A stretch of 64,000 nucleotides of DNA from a bacterium (lineage in GTDB: Bacteria > Electryoneota > JAOADG01): contig OY820579.1 of NCBI GenBank assembly GCA_963681965.1, positions 3,776,001-3,840,000 of the forward strand, written 5' to 3'. A program made the position numbers and the translations under genes. The stretch's first letter is position 1; each line of letters begins with the position of its first letter. Below the pieces are notes generated by a model, which saw only the letters and a list, made by a program, of their open reading frames with translations, searched no databases and was not told the origin of the DNA. Below are positions 30,078 through 40,292 of this stretch, in pieces.

Positions 30078-30923
30078 CTATTTCATGCACCGGCAATCGT
30101 AGGTAATATAGGGAATGGTCAATCGGAATTCGCCTTGCCGTTCGGCGGCATGATTCAATCGATGTTCCAATTCGCGGAACAGCTCGGTTCGCAACGTTTC
30201 GGGTAGGATTTGTTTCCAACTTTCGAGAAATGCCAAGCGAATGAAGAAATGATTCAACATCGTGGTTCCGTCGACATACCGGAGATAGAATTTCTTCATT
30301 GTCTTCTGTCGAATCCGGAAGCCATTCTTTTCTAACAATCGATCGACTTCCGGCACCGGTCGCCGCTTCTCGTGGATATGATGCTTCACCAATTCGATCA
30401 AATCGGCAAGCTGGTACTCCAGCAATACCTCGCGTAAAATATCGTAGAATTCCGACATCGTCTCTTCGGTATTCATCGTGAATACGAGTTGGCAATTCGT
30501 TTTTGCCACACGGCGGCATTCAATCAGCACCTGAGTGAAATCGCGGACATTGTTCAAGCCGTTATTCGATACAATCAGGTCGAAGATCTCTTCGGGGAAC
30601 GGCAGGTTTTCTGCCACCCCTTCGATAATTTCGATATTCTTCAATCCGAGCAGTTTCACTTTCCAGCGGGCGCGTTCCACCGCCGCACTCCACGGATCGA
30701 TACCGTATACATTCGCCGTCGAACCCAGTCGCATTGCTAGTTCGATCAGCGGATACCCCAACCCGCAACCGATATCGAGGGCGGTACAGTCGCGAGTCAA
30801 TTTGACGGTATCAAGCAATACCTGACCGAACGGCGCCGACCAGATCGACGTATCGTCAAGCAGCGAAACGGTTTCCGGGTTCTCGGAATCGAAGGCGAGG
30901 GTGTGATCGATTTTTTCTATCAT
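30078..30923 (-). CDS. Class I SAM-dependent methyltransferase
   Basis: LDIGCGLG, GVAENLPF, FDLIVS; GAGG RBS before ATG 30923. Confidence 0.88.
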   Translation of the reverse strand: MIEKIDHTLAFDSENPETVSLLDDTSIWSAPFGQVLLDTVKLTRDCTALDIGCGLGYPLIELAMRLGSTANVYGIDPWSAAVERARWKVKLLGLKNIEIIEGVAENLPFPEEIFDLIVSNNGLNNVRDFTQVLIECRRVAKTNCQLVFTMNTEETMSEFYDILREVLLEYQLADLIELVKHHIHEKRRPVPEVDRLLEKNGFRIRQKTMKKFYLRYVDGTTMLNHFFIRLAFLESWKQILPETLRTELFRELEHRLNHAAERQGEFRLTIPYITYDCRCMK

Positions 30924-31150
30924 TGCCGGTTCCTCGAATACAACTGCGACCAATTCTTGAGGAAATGAAGTGAACCACGATCTGATATCAGGATAATCAC
31001 TGCACCAATTCTGCGCAACTACTACGACTGAACGACATATTTCAATTTATTCAAATTTTGGTTGCAATCAAAAATCAACGGTTGTATGTTACAATAGTGA
31101 TACGAATGGATCTTCTAACTGCACTGCCACCATGGGAAAGGGAACACCCG

Positions 31151-32425
31151 ATGACGCAACTTCGATTTATCCCGTCTCTATTCGTTTTGATCCTATTTCT
31201 CCTCAATTTGCAGGTCTCGTCGGCACAGGATAGTTTGAATGTACGCCGCCTTGGTCGGATCGCGTTGCCCAACCCCTGGGCAGTGACCGTCCGAGGGAAT
31301 TATGCTTATGTTGCGACCGATTCGGGACTGTCCATCGTTGGAATCGCCGATCCATCCAATCCAATTCAAATTAGCAATATCCGGTTACCAGCAAGAGCGA
31401 TGGGAGTTGCCTTGTCCGGCAATTATGCTTATGTGGCCGATTTTACTTCAGGTCTACGGATAATCGACATTAGCAATCTAGAAGCACCTACCGAAGTCGG
31501 ATTCTATAGTACTCCATCAGGTGCGGAGGATGTAGCAATCAATGGCGAGTACGCATATGTCGCAGATTATTATTCCGGTTTCCGTATCATCAATATCAGC
31601 AATCCGGCAGAACCACAACCGGTGGGATTTTACGATACACCCGGTGAAGCATGCGACGTGGTCATCTCCGGTAATTATGCCTATATCGCCGATTGGCTTT
31701 CCGGTTTACGGATCATCGATATCAGTAATCCTGAAGCACCTACCGAAGTAGGATCCTATGCTACTCTATCGGCTGCGAGAAATCTTTCGGTTGTTGGCAA
31801 TTATGCTTATGTGGCTAATTGTGGTGACGGATTGAGGATTATCGATGTCTCCAATCCAGCCGCGCCTACCCAAGTGGTATTTTTTACGATACCAAATAAT
31901 AGTTATTGGAACATCGCGATGTCAGGCAATTTACTATTTATTGCTGATGTCACAAATGGTCTTCAAGTGATAAACGTCAGCAATCCGGAACGACCTTATC
32001 GCGTAGGTTTCTACAACTTTCGATATAGTTGTGGTGTTACTGCTGTCGGCAATATCGCATATGTCACAACTTGGCATGATGGTTCACCGTCGCAATATTT
32101 AGATATCTTCGACTGTTCGCAGGCACTCGGTGTCGTTGATCGTGTCGGCGAATCCGTTCCCACCACTTTCACGTTAAAACCTAATTACCCCAATCCGTTC
32201 AATGCGACGACATCCATCCGCTATGCGATTGCGAAGAGCGGGAAGGTCGATCTGCGCGTATTCGATGTGACCGGCAAAGAGGTTGCGAAACTGGTCAATT
32301 TCGAGCAGGATCCCGGCGAGTATTCATTTACATTCGATGGCAAGAGTCTTGCCACCGGCACCTATCTCGTGCGTCTCACCGCCGGCAATTTCACCCAGAC
32401 CCAAAAGATCGTTCTCTTGAAGTAG
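31151..32425 (+). CDS. Secreted LVIVD-repeat protein with T9SS-like C-terminal domain
   Basis: Repeats 'GNYAYVAD..SGLRIIDISNP..P..VG.Y.TP'; NYPNPFN...QKIVLLK. Confidence 0.9.
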   Translation: MTQLRFIPSLFVLILFLLNLQVSSAQDSLNVRRLGRIALPNPWAVTVRGNYAYVATDSGLSIVGIADPSNPIQISNIRLPARAMGVALSGNYAYVADFTSGLRIIDISNLEAPTEVGFYSTPSGAEDVAINGEYAYVADYYSGFRIINISNPAEPQPVGFYDTPGEACDVVISGNYAYIADWLSGLRIIDISNPEAPTEVGSYATLSAARNLSVVGNYAYVANCGDGLRIIDVSNPAAPTQVVFFTIPNNSYWNIAMSGNLLFIADVTNGLQVINVSNPERPYRVGFYNFRYSCGVTAVGNIAYVTTWHDGSPSQYLDIFDCSQALGVVDRVGESVPTTFTLKPNYPNPFNATTSIRYAIAKSGKVDLRVFDVTGKEVAKLVNFEQDPGEYSFTFDGKSLATGTYLVRLTAGNFTQTQKIVLLK

Positions 32426-32457
32426 TGCCGATCTCCGAATCGGTATCTTTTTTTACT

Positions 32458-34580
32458 GTAGGGGCGTATCGCATACGCCCGAAGCGGCAGGCAGCGCCTG
32501 ACGCAAAGAATAGATGATGAGTGGTGCTATTAAAGTAGTTCACATCATGAAGTAGGGGCGGACCACCGTGTCCGCCCGCATCTTTTTTTTGTCGATGCGA
32601 ATGCGCCGTTCGGCGCATGTGGCAACCTACTCTTTTTTTCTGTTCATCCTTTTTTGGTAGCGGCGGACTTTAGTCCGCTTTCTGTTTTCTTTGTAGCCGC
32701 AGGCTTTAGCCTGCGTTTTATATTCTTGAATTTTGTATCCTGTAGAATGGGCAACCCTCCACGCCTACCCGATGAATTTTGGACACAAGAGGAGTCGGAA
32801 TAAATTCCGACCTACAGCAATACGATCGTACGATTTTTACAGTAGGGGCGGACCACCGTGTCCGCCCGCATCTTTTTTTTGTCGTTGCGAATGCGCCGTT
32901 CGGCGCATGTGGCAACCAACTCTTTACATCTTTCCCCAATCCCCACCACCTACCACCCATGACCTATCTTTTTGTAGCCGCAGGCTTCAGCCTGCGTTTT
33001 TCTTTCTTGTATCCTTTGTCCTCGAGCCCACCCGATCAATTTTGGACACAAGAGGTGGTCAGAACAAGTTCTGACCTACAGCAATACGATCGTACGATTT
33101 TTCCAGTAGGGGCGGACTCCCATGCCCGCCCGCATCTTTTTTTTTTGTCGTTGCGAATGCGCCGTTCGGCGCATGTGGCAACCTACTCTTTTTTTCTGTT
33201 CATCCTTTTTTGGTAGCGGCGGACTTTAGTCCGCTTTCTGTTTTCTTTGTAGCCGCAGGCTTCAGCCTGCGTTTTATATTCTTGAATTTTGTATCCTGTA
33301 GAATGGGCAACCCTCCACGCCTGCCCGATGAATTTTGGACACAAGAGGTGGTCAGAACAAGTTCTGACCTACAGCAATACGATCGAACAATTTTTCCAGT
33401 AGGGGCGGGCTCCCATACCCGCCCGCATCTTTTTTTTGTCGTTGCGAATGCGCCGTCCGGCGCATGTGGCAACCCACTCTTTTTTTCTGTTCATCCTTTT
33501 TTGGTAGCGGCGGACTTTAGTCCGCTTTCTGTTTTCTTTGTAGCCGCAGGCTTCAGCCTGCGTTTTTCTTTCTTGTATCCTTTATCCTCGCACCCGCCCG
33601 ATGAATTTTGGACACAAGAGGAGTCGGAATAAATTCCGACCTACAGCAATACGATCGTACGATTTTTCCAGTAGGGGCGGGCTCCCATGCCCGCCCGCAT
33701 CTTTTTTTTTGTCGTTGCGAATGCGCCGTTCGGCGCATGTGGCAACCAACTCTTTACATCTTTCCCCAATCCCCACCACCTACCACCCATGACCTATCTT
33801 TTAGTAGCCGCAGGCTTCAGCCTGCGTTTTTCTTTCTTGTATCCTTTATCCTCGAGCCTGCCCGATGAATTTTGGACACAAGAGGAGTCGGAATAAATTC
33901 CGACCTACAGCAATACGATCGTACGATTTTTCCAGTAGGGGCGGGCTCCCATGCCCGCCCGCATCTTTTTTTTGTCGTTGCGAATGCGCCGTTCGGCGCA
34001 TGTGGCAACCCACTCTTTACATCTTTCCCCAATCCCCACCACCTACAACCCATGACCTATCTTTTAGTAGCCGCAGGCTTCAGACTGCGTTTTTCTTTCT
34101 TGTATCCTTTGTCCTCGAGCCCACCCGATCAATTTTGGACACAAGAGGAGTCGGAATAAATTCCGACCTACAGCAATACGATCGTACGATTTTTACAGTA
34201 GAGGCGGGCTCCCATGCCCGCCCGCATCTTTTTTTTGTCATTGCGAATGCGCCATTCGGCGCATGTGGCAACCCCGAAGGGCTCACCGAAAGTAATCTCC
34301 TCGGGTTTTTCATTTACAAGAGTAGATTGCCACACATCGCGCGCAATGACAGAAGAAGATGCGATGAATTTGAATTTGAGGGTGTGCGATTTTAAGGGGA
34401 ATTTTCCGGACACAAGAGGATCGCAGGCTCGGAGGTCTGCGCCACCAACAAAATGGGGGTTGGGTATTGGGTGGTAGTGTTGGGAAAAGACAATAAAAGA
34501 TTCAAGAACGCTGTCTAAAACCTGCGGCAACAAAGAAAACAGATATTGAAAAAAAAAACGGACTAAAGTCCGCCGCTACC
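32458..34580. repeat. Large mosaic tandem REP array (about 6.5 units of 263-293 bp) plus flanking REPs
   Basis: GTAG(G/A)GGCG unit starts at 32552, 32842, 33106, 33399, 33671, 33935 and 34198. Confidence 0.92.
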
Positions 34581-34780
34581 AAAAGAGAAAAGAAAAAAAG
34601 TCGGAATTGAGTACTAAACTGACTGGATTTTAGTTTTATTCGATATTTACGAAAAATTCAATTTCTTAAAATATTTCTTTTGTTAGCTGTGCAATCGCAT
34701 TAAATTTATCTTCACAAGACTTCGATTTCTATCACGAATGCATTCCCTATCGACTCGATATTCATTTTGCGGGAGGAACG

Positions 34781-36226
34781 ATGATTAAGACGCTTGGCAG
34801 TATGCTTCTCCTCTGTTTGTTAGCCGGATCGGTGATCGCCAATCCGATCGGTTTCGACTTTATCACGACCGATATCAATTTTGAAACATTTTACCCGATC
34901 ATGTACAACGGCAGCCCGGTTCCATGTGGCAAGCTGATCCAAATTATTCGTCCTGCCACAACCAACGGTCCGCTCCACACGCCGATATTGACTGGCACAT
35001 CACTCGGTATGCCGGGTGAAGGGGATATACTAAGCTGTCAATTTGCGATCGGTGAAGGGGTTGGCGATATGGACGGGATGTTTGCATTGTACTTGACCGG
35101 CGAAACTGCGACTCCGATCAATACCCAAACAGCAACATCGTTGAATGCCGGAACCCGATTTTACATCCGGGTCTGGGCGGATGTCGACTACAATACTGCG
35201 TATCCGTTTCCAGCCGGAAGATATTACGCAGACGGTGGTCCCTTTGTTGTCCCGACTACCGACAGCTCGCTGTACGATATTCAAGTGAATCCGACATCTG
35301 CGAATCCCATTTGGAATAGATTTATCGAAACCCGACCATCCATCCATATCACTGAAGTGAATGGCACCACCCTTGCAAATCCTTTGAATTTCGGGTCGTC
35401 GATTCTGGGTACTCCCGTGACACATGTAATTCGAATCACTTACAATGGATTTCTGCCAGCACAACTGTTCGATTATTCGATCTCAGGCGATTTTTCGATT
35501 TCATCGGTTCACGGTCCATTCATCGGAAGTATGGGATACGGATACCGCGATGATACCCTCACCTTCACGCCCACTGCGATTGGTACCCGGACAGGAACCT
35601 ACAGTTTTTCTCACAATGGATCCAATATTCCTAATCCATACACGATCAATCTATCCGGTACCGGATTGGGAATTCCACCTCTGATCCCGCTTATTACCGA
35701 GGTGGACGGCGGTCCAATCGTTTCGCCGTTAAATTTCGGTTCGACAATCGTTGGCACGTCGCTGACTCACACGATCCGCATCACCAATACCGGCATGGCG
35801 GTATTGACACTTTCCAGCGCTTCGACAACCGGCAATTTCTCGTGTTCAACCCTTGCCAGTTCCATTACGCCGGGCGATCATCACGATGTGACATTGACAT
35901 TTTCACCGACTGTCGCCGATAATTGTGTCGGTATATTCAGCTTTTCGCATAATGGTTCTGGTAGCCCCTATACTTTGAATCTAACCGGTACCGGTTTACC
36001 GATTCCGGATCCGAACGATCTGGCAATCACACTTACCGAAACGATCAATGGCGATGCCGTATTGTCTTGGTCGGCAGTAACTGGCGCGTCGTCGTATCGG
36101 GTTTATTCGGCACCGGATCAGACGGGTCCCTGGACTTTGATTGCATCGACGGGAATCAACAGCTACACCGATTTGAATGCCACTTCCGGTATCCAAAAAG
36201 TATATCGGGTGACGGCGGCAAATTGA
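34781..36226 (+). CDS. Secreted protein with two ASH/choice-of-anchor-D Ig-like repeats and an FN3-like C-terminus
   Basis: Signal peptide; duplicated 'PLNFGS...THxIRIT...LTFxPT...FSHNGS..PYTxNLxGTG'. Confidence 0.8.
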   Translation: MIKTLGSMLLLCLLAGSVIANPIGFDFITTDINFETFYPIMYNGSPVPCGKLIQIIRPATTNGPLHTPILTGTSLGMPGEGDILSCQFAIGEGVGDMDGMFALYLTGETATPINTQTATSLNAGTRFYIRVWADVDYNTAYPFPAGRYYADGGPFVVPTTDSSLYDIQVNPTSANPIWNRFIETRPSIHITEVNGTTLANPLNFGSSILGTPVTHVIRITYNGFLPAQLFDYSISGDFSISSVHGPFIGSMGYGYRDDTLTFTPTAIGTRTGTYSFSHNGSNIPNPYTINLSGTGLGIPPLIPLITEVDGGPIVSPLNFGSTIVGTSLTHTIRITNTGMAVLTLSSASTTGNFSCSTLASSITPGDHHDVTLTFSPTVADNCVGIFSFSHNGSGSPYTLNLTGTGLPIPDPNDLAITLTETINGDAVLSWSAVTGASSYRVYSAPDQTGPWTLIASTGINSYTDLNATSGIQKVYRVTAAN

Positions 36227-36261
36227 TGGCTGCTTGAGCCGGGGAATACTATACGACTATC

Positions 36262-36288
36262 GGTGGGCGGGCTAAAAACCCGCCCATC
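36262..36288 (+). terminator. Probable terminator hairpin
   Basis: GGTGGGCGGG-CTAAAAA-CCCGCCCATC; lacks a clear U-tract. Confidence 0.4.
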
Positions 36289-36416
36289 ATCATACCGCTG
36301 ACCGAATTCTCAAGTCACAATCAATCGACGAGATTGTACTACAATATTTCATTGTGGTTTCCTTTCCTGATTATATTACCGGTAATTGATATCAATCGAA
36401 CTATTCCGAGGAACCG

Positions 36417-36995
36417 ATGTCGCGAATTACCGGAGGATTTGGCAAAGGTCGCCATCTGGTGAATGCCCCGAAAAGTCGTCCGACTTCCAGCCGTGCCCGT
36501 GAAGCACTCTTCTCGATCCTGACAGCCGATATTCCCGGCGCGATTTTCTGCGATGCCTTTGCCGGCGGCGGCAGTGTCGGAATCGAAGCGCTCTCGCGCG
36601 GCGCCGCATCCGTGTTGTTTATCGAGATCTCGCATCATGCAATCACCACGATCCACGAGAATCTCTCCCGCACCGGCTTCACGCATATCGAGCGCGACCA
36701 CTGGCGCGATGCCGAGCAACATAACGCGATCACGATGCAAGGCGATTTGTACAAATTGTCGAAACGACCTGCACCGACGGGACCAGTCGATCTCTGGTTT
36801 CTCGATCCACCGTGGACTACTTTGCAATTACCGGTCCTGCTCGGCGCAATTGAAGAGAGTCCATGGCTGGCAACTGGCGGCATCGCAATTCTTGAACACC
36901 CGACCCGGATGTCGCCTACCGATCCGGACGGATTTCAACTCATCGACCGTCGAAAATACGGCGACACCAGTTTCTCGATGTGGCAAAAAGGGTAA
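36417..36995 (+). CDS. rsmD: 16S rRNA m2G966 methyltransferase RsmD family
   Basis: RITGG.KGR, RPTS...REALF, DAFAGGGSVGIEALSRGA, FLDPPW, KYGDT. Confidence 0.9.
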   Translation: MSRITGGFGKGRHLVNAPKSRPTSSRAREALFSILTADIPGAIFCDAFAGGGSVGIEALSRGAASVLFIEISHHAITTIHENLSRTGFTHIERDHWRDAEQHNAITMQGDLYKLSKRPAPTGPVDLWFLDPPWTTLQLPVLLGAIEESPWLATGGIAILEHPTRMSPTDPDGFQLIDRRKYGDTSFSMWQKG

Positions 36996-36998
36996 TCC

Positions 36999-37967
36999 AT
37001 GAATCAGGATGAAATTCCGACCGGACCGATCCCGGAACACGGCAGTGAAACACCGTACAGCAATATCCCGACACCACCCTCGATTGGGGTGCCGGAAATG
37101 AAACGGCTCGCCCCTGAACCATTGCAGCCGTGGGTCAATAAGACGATCCGCGATACCTTCACCGGTTTTCTGCATGCGCCGATTCATATTTGCATCGCTT
37201 CTATCTTTCCGCTGCTACCCTCGCTTCTGCTGCCGAAAATCGATTTCAAGAAGATGTTCGAAGTCGGGGCAAACGGAATGCCCGATTGGTCGAAATGGAG
37301 CGAACATCTTGGCGATCTGTCGCTGTTTTTTGTCATCTCGCTGATGGCAACGCTGATTGCGTATGCGATTGCCTTTCGGTGGGCGGATCGAATGCGGTTA
37401 GAACGCTCGTTCGGGATCGAAGAATATCTTGCCGGATTGGCGTCAGTACCGCGAATCTTGTTCGCATTTCTGTTTCAGACGGTTGTATTTATCGGTGCGA
37501 TCGTTGCAACGACGCCGCTGCTCGCACTGATGTTACTGAGTGGCGCGATGTTCATTCTCTGGTTGATGGTGGTGTTGGCGGTAATGATTTACCTGCTTTA
37601 CGCCTGGGTTGCGCGCTTCGATTACTTTATGGCGGGAATGGCAGTCACCCACGAACCGATCGGCGTGCTGTTGAAGGAAATCTGGAATATGCCGAAGTGG
37701 TTGTTGCAGCGATTTCAGGTACTTTTGCTATACCGCATTCTCGCCGGGATTGTGATTACAATATTGTTCATTCCGGTTCAACTGGCACTGGCAAAATTCG
37801 AACAGTATTTACTGATTCCGAGTTATATCGTGCAGGTGGTTGCCATGGTTTTTCTAGTAACGACGGTCGTTGGATTTGTTCGCGGTCGCGACGAATGGGC
37901 GGAACTATCCGAACAGGATCCGGAGGAAAAGAAACCGGCGGTTTCAACGCGGCAGTGGGAAGTGTAA
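36999..37967 (+). CDS. Multi-pass membrane protein
   Basis: 322 aa, multiple TM segments, 3 nt after rsmD. Confidence 0.75.
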   Translation: MNQDEIPTGPIPEHGSETPYSNIPTPPSIGVPEMKRLAPEPLQPWVNKTIRDTFTGFLHAPIHICIASIFPLLPSLLLPKIDFKKMFEVGANGMPDWSKWSEHLGDLSLFFVISLMATLIAYAIAFRWADRMRLERSFGIEEYLAGLASVPRILFAFLFQTVVFIGAIVATTPLLALMLLSGAMFILWLMVVLAVMIYLLYAWVARFDYFMAGMAVTHEPIGVLLKEIWNMPKWLLQRFQVLLLYRILAGIVITILFIPVQLALAKFEQYLLIPSYIVQVVAMVFLVTTVVGFVRGRDEWAELSEQDPEEKKPAVSTRQWEV

Positions 37968-38034
37968 AGAGATATTGTATCTCAGATTTCCGCATCAGAT
38001 TTCACATCCGCGTGTCCTGCATTCTGACAGAAAT

Positions 38035-38628
38035 TTATTCCGCCTTAAAAATATATAGGATCCCGAGCGACGATGCGCCGAAATCGGCAGGCAGCGGTGG
38101 CAGCGGGTTCGCCGAAAGAATTGCGCGCATCCCCGCTTGATCGAATAGCGCATTCCCCGACTGCTTTTGGACTTTCAAATTGGTGGCACGACCGGTGCGA
38201 TCGATCGAGAAATGAATATCGGTTTCCAATCCGGGTGCTTTCGTCGGTGGAACAAACATCGCCTCGATTTTTTTCTCAACTAATTCCAGATAATAACCGT
38301 GCGGAAACGCACCATCGGTCGCGATACCAGTCGATATTCCACCGTGTTTCACTTCCCCTTTGCCCGTTCCGGTATTGGTGGTTTCGAGACTGCTGCTCTT
38401 CTCGACTTTCTCATCCGGCACACTTTTTTCGGATTTCGGAGCACTTTCCTTTTTCGGAATCAACTGTCGTTGCCGACCGGGTGCACCGCCGGAAACCAGC
38501 GACACCTGCCGATAGCCGGGACGAACCATACCCGTCTGCCGCGAGAACGTCGCATTCCACGAGGAAATGATGAACGCTCCGGCAACGATGGCATGAATAC
38601 CTGCCGAAATGACGAACGAGAGTTTCAC
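38035..38628 (-). CDS. TonB/TolA-family protein
   Basis: S-x3-H TM motif, charged linker, C-terminal 'SGNALFDQAGMRAI...PLPPLP'. Confidence 0.85.
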   Translation of the reverse strand: MKLSFVISAGIHAIVAGAFIISSWNATFSRQTGMVRPGYRQVSLVSGGAPGRQRQLIPKKESAPKSEKSVPDEKVEKSSSLETTNTGTGKGEVKHGGISTGIATDGAFPHGYYLELVEKKIEAMFVPPTKAPGLETDIHFSIDRTGRATNLKVQKQSGNALFDQAGMRAILSANPLPPLPADFGASSLGILYIFKAE

Positions 38629-39041
38629 CGTTTCTTTTTCTCCGGCATCGATTCTGTTACCAATCCCAAATCGACGACGCCTGCTTCCTTCAATAAATCG
38701 ACTATCTGCAAAATATCGCCATAAGCAATCCCGGCATCGCCCCGCAGATAAACCGGTGTATTCGGTTTACTCGAGGTGATCTGCTTGAATGCTTCAATCA
38801 AATTCTCGCGCCGTACCGGCAGCCGATCGATGAAGATCCCGCCATTCGCTTTGACCGTGACATCGATTCCTTCGCGGGTGATTGTCGGCAACGAAGTCGA
38901 TTTCGGCAGCGAGACATCCACCCCGCTCCGCAGCAACGGCGCGGTAATGATGAAGATCACCAGCAGTACGAGCATCACGTCTACTAGCGGTGTGACGTTG
39001 ATCTCGGACATCTGACGACCGTGTTCGCCCAATTTCATCAT
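38625..39041 (-). CDS. TolR/ExbD family protein
   Basis: EINVTPLVDVMLVLLVIFIITAP, RGD...YG. Confidence 0.92.
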   Translation of the reverse strand: MMKLGEHGRQMSEINVTPLVDVMLVLLVIFIITAPLLRSGVDVSLPKSTSLPTITREGIDVTVKANGGIFIDRLPVRRENLIEAFKQITSSKPNTPVYLRGDAGIAYGDILQIVDLLKEAGVVDLGLVTESMPEKKKR

Positions 39042-39667
39042 CGACCTCCGGTCACTGCCCGATTATGGAATACCAGAATGAAATCGGCGGCTTGTTCGAT
39101 TCGCCGCGCCTCATCCCGCACTCGCGCCACAAAGTAGTTGTATCCGACCACTGCCGGCACTGCGACCACCAGACCGGCGGCAGTACAGATCAAGGCTTCC
39201 GCGATTCCGGGTGCGACCACTGCAAGGTTTGGCGAGCCGTAGCGACCGATCCCGATAAATGCATCGATGATACCCCATACCGTACCGAAGAGTCCGATAA
39301 ATGGCGAGGTCGATCCGATCGTTGCCAGAATCGGCAACCCGCGTTCTATTTGACCCAGCTCCGCTTCACCGACGATCCGCGCATATCGCTCCAGTGCGGC
39401 TGGATCGGTCTCCCGCTCCGCACGCTGTGCAACTTGACGGACGGTACGTGCGGACGGCAATTTATCGAACATTCGACTTTGACTCGACCACTCGCTCCAC
39501 TGCGCAATATTCGAGATGCGCGCAATCAACTGGGGAAATCCTTTTTTCGATTTCACGAACCGGAGATACCGGTCGATAATCAAACCCCACGAGAGAATAG
39601 ATAGCAAGAGCAGTAGCAACAAGGTAAGTTGACCGACAAACGACAGTTCGGACAGACTGATCGGCAC
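39038..39667 (-). CDS. TolQ/ExbB (MotA) family protein
   Basis: LATIGSTSPFIGLFGTVWGI, VAPGIAEAL..TAAGL. Confidence 0.92.
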   Translation of the reverse strand: MPISLSELSFVGQLTLLLLLLLSILSWGLIIDRYLRFVKSKKGFPQLIARISNIAQWSEWSSQSRMFDKLPSARTVRQVAQRAERETDPAALERYARIVGEAELGQIERGLPILATIGSTSPFIGLFGTVWGIIDAFIGIGRYGSPNLAVVAPGIAEALICTAAGLVVAVPAVVGYNYFVARVRDEARRIEQAADFILVFHNRAVTGGR

Positions 39668-39920
39668 GATGCCTCCTGAAATAAAATCTGAGAATAGTAC
39701 GGATACCCACTAGATCTACGTGGAGTATCGGATCGGGCAAGTTGCAGACCTATTCCGCTGGTTCACCCGGCTTGCTCGATCCCTGTAATATACAACCGCC
39801 ATCGGAGATCTGCAGTTCCTCGGAAAGTGATTTATGAAAATTGATTTTATCGGAAGTTATGTCACGGTAGATCGGTTTCGTGGTGATACCGCCGGAAGTT
39901 CTCCTCCCGCGTCGGTTTTG

Positions 39921-40286
39921 GTAGCGGCGGACATTCGTCCGCTTTCTTTTTCGGTATCTGTTTCTGTTTTAATTCATGAATTGCGGAATGAAGACCGAAT
40001 CGATAGATCAGTGTGGTGATGGTAGGGGCGAATCGCATTCGCCCAAAGCGGCAGGCAGCGCCTGCCGCAAAGAATAGATGATCGGGTGATGTTTAATGGG
40101 GAAAAGATGGTGGCAATCGTATTGTTGTAGGTCAGAACTTGTTCTGACCACCTCTTGTGTCCGAAAAAAACGATAAAATAAAAAGAGTAGGTTGCCACAC
40201 TTCGCGCGACAAACGCGCTACGTTCGCAACGACAAAACATGATACAGGATAAAAATATACGGGCGGACACGGGGGTCCGCCCCTAC
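39921..40286. repeat. REP cluster
   Basis: GTAGCGGCGGAC.., GTAGGGGCGAATCGCATTCGCCC, GTAGGTCAGAACTTGTTCTGACC, inverted GGGCGGACACGGGGGTCCGCCCCTAC. Confidence 0.8.
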
Positions 40287-40292
40287 TTGAAA

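Noticed and set aside
32458-34580. Possible CRISPR array
   Set aside because: The intervening sequences are themselves repeated, the period is 263-293 bp, and no cas genes are present; this fits REP arrays.
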